Of a stretch of 32,000 nt of DNA, positions 1 through 9,031 are shown piece by piece; position 1 is the first letter of the stretch; each line of letters opens with the position of its first letter. The DNA lies in contig JAUIDC010000001.1 in NCBI GenBank assembly GCA_030429145.1, positions 690,001 through 722,000 on the forward strand, written 5' to 3'. The stretch is from Candidatus Saccharimonadota bacterium (GTDB lineage: Bacteria > Patescibacteriota > Gracilibacteria > Absconditabacterales > Absconditicoccaceae). A model generated the notes under the pieces. That model was not told the DNA's origin, made no database searches, and saw nothing but the letters and a program-made list of their open reading frames with translations. A program made the translations under genes and the position numbers.

Positions 1-1771
1 TTACCGATCCTGTTGTGTTCACGCTTCCTGTAGTAGCGTTGCTACCAGTAGATGTTGATGGATTGTTGTTCATGTATCCTGGTTGGAGAGGAATGATCTC
101 TTTGATAACATAGTATGGAGGAGTGCTTGGTCAAAGCGTATAGCTTGCTTTCCCGTCAGCAAATGGTCTGATAGTTCCTTCGATAACCGCGGTGTCATTG
201 ACCATGAAATTTGCAATACCCACTTTTCTCGTACCGTCGAGAGAGTAGATGTCTCCATACCAAACATATTGTTTGTCATAGTATTTATGTACAGTGTTCT
301 TTTCTATCTTATATGTAGTGCCAAAGACATCTATGAGGAAGTAGTCGTTGTTTTGGTCGAGAAGGTAGGTGTTCATAAGGATGTATCCTCTTGCCCAGTC
401 GCCAGTATTGACGATAAGGTTTTTATCGTTTCCTATCATGGTGATGAGTTGGTTTTTCATGATGTCACTATTTAGACTCTGTACAAGAGTGTTTTTCACT
501 CTGAGTCTGTACATAAGTGTCGCCATCTCATATCTCGTTACAGGTCTGTTAAAGTTCTCACTACTTGCTTCATTGATAAGTCCTAGTTCATTTGCTTTCG
601 TAAAGTAGTTTGACCATCGAGGTATGATGTTTTCATCTTGTGGTTGGTCGAACATCCTGAGAAGGACAGCAATAGCCTCAGCTCTTGAAAGAGATTTTGT
701 CGGAGCAAAATAACCATCACCTCACTTGAGGATATTGAGCTGACATGACTTTTTGATCCAGCCGCTGAGTGTCGCATCAGCATTGCCAATGTCGCTAAAT
801 GTACAACTATCTGGTGTTACAACCGTCTTGTTTGGAAACATAAGCTCTCTGTATTGTACAAGCATCTTTGCTGCTTGCTCTCTGGTGAGTACGTCAAATG
901 CACCAAATCCTGCTGCACCAGTAAACTTTGTTAACCCATTGTCATACATCCATCGAACAGCTTCTTTGAATTCGATGTCGTCAGTTGCGTTTGAGCCCTG
1001 TCCGATGAGATTGAGGACGCTGTTGTTGCTGCTACCAGTTGTTGACACCGAACCTGATGTGCCAATCTGTGACGCAGGCACTAGTGGTTCTACTGGCTCT
1101 CCGTCCGCATAGATCTTCTTAAATCTGTGGAGAATAAGCGCGAGCTCATATCTTGAAACAGGATTTCGGAAGTTTTCCATGTTGGTTTCTTTAGTCATAC
1201 CAAGCTGTTGAGCTTTGACGAAGTAGTTTGACCACCATGGTGTTACTGACTCGTTGAGCTGTCCATCGCTGAACATTCTAATGAGAGCAGCACTGAGCTC
1301 TGCTTTTGTGATAGTTCTGCCTGGAGCAAACAGTCCTTCTGACCCTTTGAAAATGCTGAACTGACAAGCGTCGAGAATATAGGGCTTCAGTGTTGGATCT
1401 GCATCTGTCGTGTCAGTAAACTGACAGTTGCTGATGTCTACTCTTGGAGGATTTTCCACATATGTTGTGAAGAACTGTGCGAGCATTTTTGCTGCCTGTT
1501 CTCTTGTCACCATATTAAATGGAGCATATGTCTCCTGTGTATTATATCTCGTGATTTGTGTGTTATACATCCATCCGAGTGCAGTGTCAAACTCGCTATC
1601 ATCTACAACAGTCTTTGTCTGTACTGTTCCAGATGTCGCCGTATATGTGTCTGCGATAGCGTTTTGTACGATATCTCCAATCGGAGCATTCACGTCATCT
1701 GCAAATACAGCACTACCTAAAACAAGTGCTGTTAATCCTGTAAATATACCAATTCTATAAAGAGATTTCAT
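1..1771 (-). CDS. Secreted surface protein with repeated SLH-like (S-layer homology) modules; C-terminus runs off the left edge
   Basis: The N-terminus MKSLYRIGIFTGLTALVLGSAVFADD looks like a signal peptide. Repeated modules fit the SLH pattern F-x-D...W/Y-I...G-I/F-x-K-G...F-x-P...T/S-R-A/E-E-x-A, e.g. FSDIGNADATLSGWIKKSCQLNILKGGDGYFAPTKSLSRAEAIAVLLRMF and FTDTTDADPTLKPYILDACQFSIFKGSEGLFAPGRTITKAELSAALIRMF. The track ORFs 722-1771 and 131-655 and the stretch 1-130 are in one frame, joined by TGA at 722-724 and 131-133. The tail at the window edge is Ser/Thr/Asn-rich. Confidence 0.65.
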
Positions 1772-1879
1772 GTCTCACCATGATAAAATAAAAATCAGTG
1801 TTAAAACTATACAATCCGTAGTGACTTGCAACAGTTTTGTACCATTTTTTTATGTTTTTATGATATAGTATACTAGGTC

Positions 1880-1907
1880 TTGAAACCTGAGAACCTATAT
1901 GTATACT
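1880..1907 (+). promoter_or_regulatory. Sigma-70-like promoter candidate upstream of hrcA
   Basis: TTGAAA (1880-1885), 16-nt spacer, TATACT (1902-1907), about 38 nt upstream of the hrcA ATG. Motif match by eye only. Confidence 0.4.
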
Positions 1908-1945
1908 GAGTACAAATATAAGGTTTATTCCATTTCGTTTTCTCT

Positions 1946-2632
1946 ATGGCTGAGGATAAACTGCTCAATCTTTTAGGTGTTGTCATCGACAACTATATCA
2001 ATAAGGGCGATCCAATTGGATCAAAGTTTTTGCATACGCTCGATACTTTAGAGTATGCACCTTCAACGCTCAGAAAATATCTCAATCTCTTAGAAAAAGA
2101 GGGTCTTGTCTATCAGCCCTATAATAGTTCTGGGCGTATCCCAACGGTGCAGGGACTGTCGCTGTATCTAGAAGATCATATGGGTGATAATGCAGAAGAG
2201 GTGATCGGGGAGCTCGCATTTGATGTGAACTACGCGCGTCAGGGTTTAAGATATATAGTGGAAACTCTCGGTAAAGTAGTTGATGGAGCAGTTGTAGGAT
2301 TTTTGAAAAATGATGAGTATTATTTTTTGGGGATTAATAATCTGCTACAAAATGCTCAGTTGACCGACATGGATACGACGAAATATATAGTACAATATAT
2401 TGAAGATAAGAAACTTGTATCAGCGTTAGACAGCAAACTCCTGAAAAAAGATAAAGTTTATTACACTTTTATAGAATCGGAAGAGTATATTATCTCGACG
2501 ATCTATGCGAAGATCAACGTTAATGGTTATGACGGAGTTGTGGCTATTCTTTGACCGACAAGGACAAACTACAAGCAAAATCTTGCTGTGCTAAAAAAAT
2601 TCCTTGCGAAGTTCAATGCGATGAATGGCTAA
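1946..2632 (+). CDS. hrcA: Heat-inducible transcription repressor HrcA (short form, 228 aa)
   Basis: The N-terminal winged-helix region LLNLLGVVIDNYINKGDPIGSKFL...STLRKYLNLLEKEGLVYQPYNSSGRIPTVQGLSLYL is collinear with the HrcA N-terminus. Reading TGA at 2552-2554 as Gly gives IL-G-PTRTNY, matching the conserved HrcA GPTRM(D/N)Y motif. Ends at TAA 2630-2632. Confidence 0.75.
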
Positions 2633-2662
2633 GAGTCTTTATTTGATAATCGGGATGTGACG

Positions 2663-3067
2663 ATGAATGAAAAGCTAGAAAGGGAGCATCATGACGATGA
2701 GTGACGTGAAGAGCTTGGCCGTCTGAAAGAGCAGCTAAACCAGCAAAACCATCTCGAAACATCTGATAATGATCCAGATAAAAAACAGCTTGATACAGTC
2801 TCTGCTAAAGAGGAGGAAGAAACGTCGGATAAACTCCGTGAATCTCAGGAGAATTTGGAGACCCTTACGACACGTAAAGAGATGTCGGATCTGCAAGCGG
2901 AGGTTGCGCAGCAGCCGACAGGGCAGAAACCGATTGATTATGAACAGATGAGTGAAGAAGAGATTGCTGATAGAGCGAATGTCGGGAGACAACAATCGGT
3001 GGATAGTGTACATAACATGGTCCAGTCTACTTCACGGATACCAGATATTATCAAAAAAAATGTCTAA
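2663..3067 (+). CDS. Hypothetical acidic, probably coiled-coil protein (~134 aa)
   Basis: The frame is open from the stop at 2630-2632. ATG at 2663 (GTG 2657 is an alternative start), one in-frame TGA at 2702-2704, and it ends at 3067. Glu/Asp/Gln-rich sequence with no recognisable motif. Confidence 0.45.
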
Positions 3068-3140
3068 CTTTATATTACCAATACACTGTTACTAGATGAA
3101 CGCAAATATTATACAAAGCGCATGAGGAATTGTCTACTAT

Positions 3141-3584
3141 ATGGCTGAAGATAAGAAGCCAAGATTTCTGCTTATCAAAAGACATGCGATGTCAGGGAAG
3201 ATAGAGTGGGTTGCGCCAAAGGGCAAGATGCAGAAAGGAGAGACGCCAGAGCAAGCAGCTGTAAGAGAGGTAAGCGAAGAGACCTCTTTGAAGACAGAAC
3301 ACCTGCTTGTTAGACAGAAAATAGGTTCGACAAGTCTGCGTAGTACAGAGACCCAAAAGGGTCGAATGGACAAGGATGTGACCTATTTTCTTATGTACTA
3401 TGACGGGTCGCCCGAAGCAGTTGAAATCCAGCCAGGCGAAGGATACTTAGGTATCCACAAGCGGGCGACCATCAACGAAGTGCTTGGGCTCATCTACTAT
3501 CAAAACATGAGAGAGCTGTTTATCGAAGCAGACAATGTGATTCGCTCACTTGCAGTGAAGGATAATTTCGTGAAAAATCTCTAA
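3141..3584 (+). CDS. Nudix hydrolase
   Basis: Nudix box GKMQKGETPEQAAVREVSEETSL fits Gx5Ex7REUxEExGU. Confidence 0.8.
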   Translation: MAEDKKPRFLLIKRHAMSGKIEWVAPKGKMQKGETPEQAAVREVSEETSLKTEHLLVRQKIGSTSLRSTETQKGRMDKDVTYFLMYYDGSPEAVEIQPGEGYLGIHKRATINEVLGLIYYQNMRELFIEADNVIRSLAVKDNFVKNL

Positions 3585-3632
3585 ACGAACTAATTAAAAA
3601 TTCTTATTTTATATTTTATACTTGCTTTGTAG

Positions 3633-4331
3633 ATGATGCACGTAGTTTGGCATGGACATAGTTTTGTAGAAATTGTTACCGATAAGGGGAGTATCCTTAT
3701 AGATCCGTTTATCACTGGAAATCCAAGGTGTGATGTGTCGCTTGAAGAGGTGCAACAAAAAGAGATTATTGCAATTTGTCTCACCCATGGACATGGCGAT
3801 CATATCGGTGATACTATGAGTTTGGTTAAAGAAAAAAACATTCCGGTTGTATGTGAATATGGTGTAGCAAACTATTTTGAAGAAGTGGAAAACTATGAAC
3901 ACTGTATCTATGGCGGTATCGGAGGAACGCTCCAAGTCAATGATGAGATACAGGTAAAACTTTTTGCAGCGACACACGGCGGAAGGATTATGAAAACGGA
4001 TATGTACTGTGCACCAGCAGGGATGCTTATCATGATTGGTGATAAGAAGGTTTACCATGCAGGAGATACGTCGCTCATGCTGGATATGCAAATGCTTGGA
4101 GACTACAAGATCGATGTAGCTGCATTGCCGATAGATGGCACTTATAATATGGATATGAGTGATGCAGCGAAGGCGGTGACATATATCAAGCCAACGACAG
4201 TTTTCCCTATCCATTTTGATACTTGGCCAAAACTCCGTGTCAATGCTGTAGATTTTGCGAGCAGTGTGATGGCTGATGGTGTGAGTGTGCCTAAAGTGCT
4301 GAAACCAGGCCAGTATGTTGTCATCGAGTAA
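3633..4331 (+). CDS. UPF0173-family metal-dependent hydrolase (MBL fold, YtkL-like)
   Basis: VVWHGHSFVEI...ILIDPFITGNP...ICLTHGHGDHIGD...FHAGDT...LPIDG.YNM is collinear with B. subtilis YtkL-type UPF0173 proteins. Confidence 0.85.
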   Translation: MMHVVWHGHSFVEIVTDKGSILIDPFITGNPRCDVSLEEVQQKEIIAICLTHGHGDHIGDTMSLVKEKNIPVVCEYGVANYFEEVENYEHCIYGGIGGTLQVNDEIQVKLFAATHGGRIMKTDMYCAPAGMLIMIGDKKVYHAGDTSLMLDMQMLGDYKIDVAALPIDGTYNMDMSDAAKAVTYIKPTTVFPIHFDTWPKLRVNAVDFASSVMADGVSVPKVLKPGQYVVIE

Positions 4332-4390
4332 TTTTTGATTGCAAACTTGTGTGTGTTTGCGTATAAGTGGACTAACTTTAACCGTGTAGC

Positions 4391-4852
4391 ATGCATATGG
4401 TAGATCACTGACTGAGTAAAGAAGAGAAGGCTTATTATAGAAAAAGACTGTGACGAAATATTGTACAGCTCTTTTTTGGTACGATTTTGCTTTTGTTTGC
4501 ATACTTCCAACTTCAGCAAAGTACTGCGGAAAAGATGAGTATCTCGTCAGGGGTAGAGGTGCTTTCACAGAAAGTGCAGCTTCGGTTTCACAATATCGTC
4601 AACAAAGACGGTAACGCATACCAAGAGAAACTTGGTATGGAGAAGAACTATGCCGAGGTGATAAATGTTGTACAGAACTCATCATGTAAGGAAAAAGTAG
4701 ATGCCCAGGCACTGGTAAATATGTACTCACAACTCAAAAATGATGATGTTCCGTCATTTGTGCAGAAGAAGACAGAGTACAATAATTTTCTTATAGATTT
4801 TTACAGACAAGTAAAAGAGGTCTGTAGCGAAGAGGTATACACACAACAATAA
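4391..4852 (+). CDS. Hypothetical small membrane-anchored protein (153 aa)
   Basis: The track ORF 4487-4852 extends upstream through TGA 4409-4411 and 4451-4453 to ATG 4391. The extension adds a hydrophobic segment, IVQLFFGTILLLFAYFQL. No family recognised and the start is uncertain. Confidence 0.45.
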
Positions 4853-4881
4853 ACTTCTTCTTATCACATTATTCTATTCTC

Positions 4882-6243
4882 ATGACTAACAAGCTTCATA
4901 TCTACAATACACTCACGCGCCAAAAAGAACAATTTCAACCTATCGATGAAAACGATATTCGCATCTACTCGTGTGGACCAACGGTCTATTCTGACCCACA
5001 TCTTGGTAACTTACGTTACTTCTTTTTTTGTGGTCTCCTTGGTGATGTACTTCGTATGATCTATGGAAGTGAGCATGTAACGCAGGTAATGAATATTACT
5101 GATGTTGGACATTTGACTGATGATGGGGATGCAGGGGAAGATAAGATGGAGAAATGAGCTCGTCGTGAAGGAGTCTCTGCGTGGGATATTGCGAAAAAGT
5201 ATGAAGATAATTTTAAAAGATATATAGAGCAGCTTCACATCCATTTTGATAAGCTCCCAAAAGCAACCGATCACATCGAAGAGCAAATAGCTATCGTGAA
5301 GATGTTGGAGGAGAAATGATATACCTATGAGATTGATCAGGATGGTATCTATATGAATACGAGTAAAATTGCTGACTATGGGAAGCTGATGTGACCGAAC
5401 TATGCAAAACATATTGAAGGTCTACAAGCCGGTGCGAGAGTAGATGTAGAAGGAAAAAAGAATGCGACTGACTTTGCGCTATGGAAGTTCTCGCCAGAGT
5501 GACAACAAAGACAGATGGAGTGGGAGAGCCCACGATGAAAAGGTTTTCCAGGTTGGCATATCGAGTGTAATGCGATGTCTCGTAAATATCTTGGCGATCA
5601 TTTTGATATTCACACTGGCGGCGTTGACCATATCCCAGTGCATCACTCTGATGAGATAGCGCAGGCTGAGTGTAGTTATGCTGAAGATAAACCTTGGGTG
5701 AACTACTGGATGCACGCACAATTTCTCAACATCGGTGGTGAAAAAGTAGCAAAATCAGCAGGTGATGATCTCAGTCTTCCTGCAATTATTGCGAAATGAT
5801 ATACTCCTGAAGACCTCAGGTATTTCTTCCTGCAAGCTCATTATAGAAGCTTCCAAGACTTTTCGTGGGAGGCTTTGGCCGCAGCGAAAAAGGGAAGACA
5901 GAAGTTGCAAATTATCTCTCCTGGTGATGAGGTGGAACTACTGGAGCAATTTAGAGAAGATCTTCTAGATGATCTCAATACGCCTGCATTGTTGGCTAAG
6001 CTTCATAAGTTTGGAGTGCCCAAATGGTTAGATGATACCATACGGAAACTAGGGATTGGTCAGGATAAAATAGAAGAAATTATAATTCCTGAAGAGATAA
6101 AAGCATTAGCAGAAAAGCGCTGGGAGGCAAAGCAGGCAAAAGATTATGCTATGGCAGATGAGCTAAGAGATGAATTGAAAGCTGCTGGTCGAGAGATGAG
6201 AGAGGGAAAAGATAACTATAGCGTTGTTCCCTTGGAGAAATAA
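4882..6243 (+). CDS. cysS: Cysteine--tRNA ligase
   Basis: Contains [17 protein letters not shown] (HIGH-type motif), [22 protein letters not shown] and [16 protein letters not shown], with TGA at 5536-5538 on the conserved Gly. Track fragments 4882-5157, 5575-5799 and 5875-6243 and the gaps between them are all in frame 1. They are joined only by TGA codons (5155, 5317, 5392, 5500, 5536, 5797). Confidence 0.95.
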
Positions 6244-6333
6244 TTTTTTGAAAAATGGTTGTATTTTTATTTGCATAGAGGTGAAAAAAACTTATAGAAA
6301 ATAAAGATATATAATGAATCTAAGTTTTGTTTT

Positions 6334-6939
6334 GTGAAAAATGCTTTTATGAGAGTTCATCATAGGAAAAGTTTTACCCTGATCGAAATGCTGATAGTAA
6401 TTGTCATTATTGGTATTTTGGCTGCTGCTCTCGTGCCAAGATTGACCTCTGTGCAAGGTAGGGCAAGAGATACAAAGAGAAAGGCTGACTTAAGACAGAT
6501 AGCGCAGGCGCTTGAAATATATAAGGGAGACAATAGCAAATACCCACTGCCGGCTGGGTGTACCTACTATGGAACAGGAGGAGGTCCTCCAAAGTGTTAT
6601 CAGTTCAGTTATAATGCGGGGCAACCTTATGCGCATTATATAGCTGGTATTACGGGCGTGTATATTTCTTCCCTGCCAACAGATCCGCGCAACACTGTTG
6701 ATTTAGTTTTGTGACAAGCCTTGTGGACAGGTCGATATATTTACTACTATGGAAATGTGTACGAGAGCAATATCCATAGTTATGATCTTGTTGCACTGCT
6801 GGAAAATAAAAATGATCCAGATAGATGTGAATTAAATAGTAGTGCTTACAAACGGAGGTACTGGTGACCAACGGTTTGACTGTGTGCTGGTTCGACTTGA
6901 CACCCCAATTTGTATGAACAGTTACCATATTCTAACTAA
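6334..6939 (+). CDS. Type IV pilin / type II secretion pseudopilin-like protein with N-terminal methylation motif
   Basis: The leader plus FTLIEMLIVIVIIGILAAALVP is the class III signal/N-methylation motif. A start at GTG 6334 or in-frame ATG 6349 (MRVHHRKS|FTLIEM) is possible. Four sense TGAs (6712, 6865, 6877, 6898) extend the track ORF to TAA 6937-6939. Cys residues in the C-terminal part are compatible with a disulfide-bonded D-region. Confidence 0.75.
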
Positions 6940-6941
6940 AG

Positions 6942-6972
6942 AAAAAATCTGCACTTGTTTGCAGATTTTTTT
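6942..6972. terminator. Bidirectional intrinsic terminator between convergent genes
   Basis: Perfect hairpin AAAAAATCTGCA-cttgtt-TGCAGATTTTTT, with an A-tract on one side and a T-tract on the other. It lies between the pilin stop (6939) and the beta-CASP gene stop (6989). Confidence 0.75.
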
Positions 6973-6988
6973 GTGATATCTATTTGTC

Positions 6989-8860
6989 TTACCAGTCGAG
7001 TTCAATGACTTCTCCATTTGTTTCTGGTACTTTGGTGGTGAGCTTTTTGTCAGCGTGTTGCTGCTTGAATGATTTTGCGATATCATCTGCAAGTACTTGT
7101 CTTTGGTCTCATCCATGCACCATACAAAGAGTGATATCGTCGCTCGGGTTGAGTGATAAGAAGTGGTTTTTGAGTTCTTCGTGGTCGGCGTGACCAGAGA
7201 ATACGTAGGTGGATATTTGTGCGTTGTTTGATGATATGGTTTTATTGTTGAGATAGACAGGCTTTGAGAAATCTCCATGGAGTATTTTATGTCCATTTGT
7301 ACCTGGTACTTGGAAGCCGGTAAGGATAATCTTTGCGTGTTTGTCTTCATTGATTTGGTCGATGTATTGCGTGACAGTACCTTTTTCTAGCATACCGCCT
7401 GAACAGACAACGATGCGTCTGCCACCTCTTTCAAGAAGCTCTACTACCTCTTCGGGTTCGGAGATCCATTGGAGAAGAGCATTGTCAGTAAGGCCTTTGT
7501 AGACTCATTTGGGATCATCAGCAATGTACTCTTTAGAAAGTGCTGTAGCAAGAGGTGAGTGACAGTAAATTTTTTCGCCTCTGCCGAGTTTGAGTTCACC
7601 ACGATATGCTGCTTCTACGAGCATGCAGATGATCTCTTGGAACCTTTGCAGTGCGAAACATGGGAGGAGTGTCATTGATTTGCTATGATTGATATCGTCA
7701 ATGAGCTTTGATGTCTCAGACATACGATCGTTGTGAATTCTACCAGCATAGGTTCCTTCTAGCATCATATATGAGATCTCTTCTGTCGGGATGTCTGGCT
7801 TTCCACAGAGTCCCGGTTGCTTGCTTCTTCCAAGGTCTCCAGAGAAAAGGAGGTTTTTCTTGTGTTCTTTGTCAGAGATAGTTAACAACACTTGCGTTGA
7901 GCCTTCAATATGTCCTGCACTGTAGAGGGTGGCGTCGAGGAGTCCATCGAAAATAGTTTGTGATGATCACATTGGTAGCGTTTTGATCTGGCCGAGAGCT
8001 TGCATAACATCATTGTCATTAAACTCCATGATTGCAAGATGTCTGTCGAGTTCTTTGATATCATCTTTTTCTTTGATGTTGTGCTGAGCGAGTTTCTCTT
8101 TGGCATTTTCATACTGGAGATCACTGAAATTTTCCTGTGAGTAGCTGATCTCTTTTTTGAGTTTGACAAACTCTGCGACAATATCTTCTTCGTCAAACTG
8201 ATTGTCCCAATTCACCTGGCGTAGGACGTTGGCGGTAGTTACATCATCATGCTTGCGGTTGTAGAGCGTTTCTCTGATAGTCTTTTCGAACTTCTTTCTT
8301 TTTACATTGAACTGCCACATGAGCTCATTGATGCGCTCATCAAAGAGATTTTTGATGCTGAAAAATCTATTGGAAATTTTATCGTGAGGATTTTTCATAT
8401 GACGAGTCTCTGGAGCTTGCATGCGTACACGTACAACGAACCAAGCTTCAGCAAGCTCTTCTTGGAGGTTTCTTACTTTTCTGTTATGTTCTGCAACGTC
8501 TTCCTTCTCGTGTTTGAGCATGTCATCGAAGATAACACGAGCAAGCTTCTTTGATTTTTCACTCATATAGATAGGTCACTTGTAGCCTGCCTTTACAAGA
8601 CGGATAAGACTTCCCACGTGATCTTGATGCACGTGTGAGATAAAGACTGCATCAAGGTTTTTAATGTCTATGTTAATAAGCGGGTTCTCTACGCTTTTGT
8701 CGAACATATTTGATGGACGAGCACCCATGTCGAGGAGGATGTGTTTTTTTTGTTCTCCATTGCTAATAACGATTGGATGGTGCGAAGCACCAATGTTGCT
8801 GCTACCTTTTTCTTCGATACCACCGGCAACCATGTGCTTGATAGAGATCTTCGAGCTCAT
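6989..8860 (-). CDS. Metallo-beta-lactamase / beta-CASP family nuclease (COG1236, CPSF73/RNase J-like) with a large internal insertion, 623 aa
   Basis: MBL motif 2 is FISHVHQDHVGSL, followed by YK-G-PIYMS. Motif 3 is YSAGHIEGST, and there is a beta-CASP-like CSGGMLEKG. Motifs B/C are FSGHADHEEL and CMVHG-G-D. Four track ORFs (8576-8860, 7967-8566, 7505-7891, 7109-7393) are co-framed and joined by TGA at 8576, 7967, 7505 and 7109. Ends at TAA (6989-6991 on the minus strand). Confidence 0.8.
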
Positions 8861-8997
8861 ATATCTGAGTCAATGATAAAAAACTTCTATCCTAATAATA
8901 CAGAAACCATTCTTTTTCACAATTTTTTACACACTCTTTCACATAATTTCATTGCAATGTAAAGCCAAAATCCTGACTTTCTGCTTTTCAACATTTA

Positions 8998-9025
8998 TTG
9001 ACTTATTCATTTAAATGTCTATAAT
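8998..9025 (+). promoter_or_regulatory. Near-consensus sigma-70-type promoter directly abutting the helicase start codon
   Basis: TTGACT (8998-9003), 16-nt spacer, TATAAT (9020-9025). The ATG at 9032 lies 7 nt after the -10 element, where transcription would be expected to start. Confidence 0.5.
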
Positions 9026-9031
9026 GCGTTT

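Noticed and set aside
2663-3067. The gene after hrcA might be grpE.
   Set aside because: It is only about 134 aa, uniformly acidic or coiled-coil, and lacks the GrpE C-terminal beta-domain signature as far as I can recognise.
3609-4568. 319-aa minus-strand ORF in the track.
   Set aside because: It is antisense to the well-conserved UPF0173 hydrolase gene. Its product is Cys/His/Ile-rich with no motif, so it is typical shadow ORF noise in AT-rich DNA.
4882-6243. Fragmented cysS (and likewise lepA, metG, rny, nth, tsaE and others) could indicate pseudogenes, frameshifts or poor assembly.
   Set aside because: All fragments of each gene are in the same frame. The only interrupting codon is TGA, it sits at conserved Gly positions, and the motifs on both sides are intact. 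Recoding explains everything without any indel.
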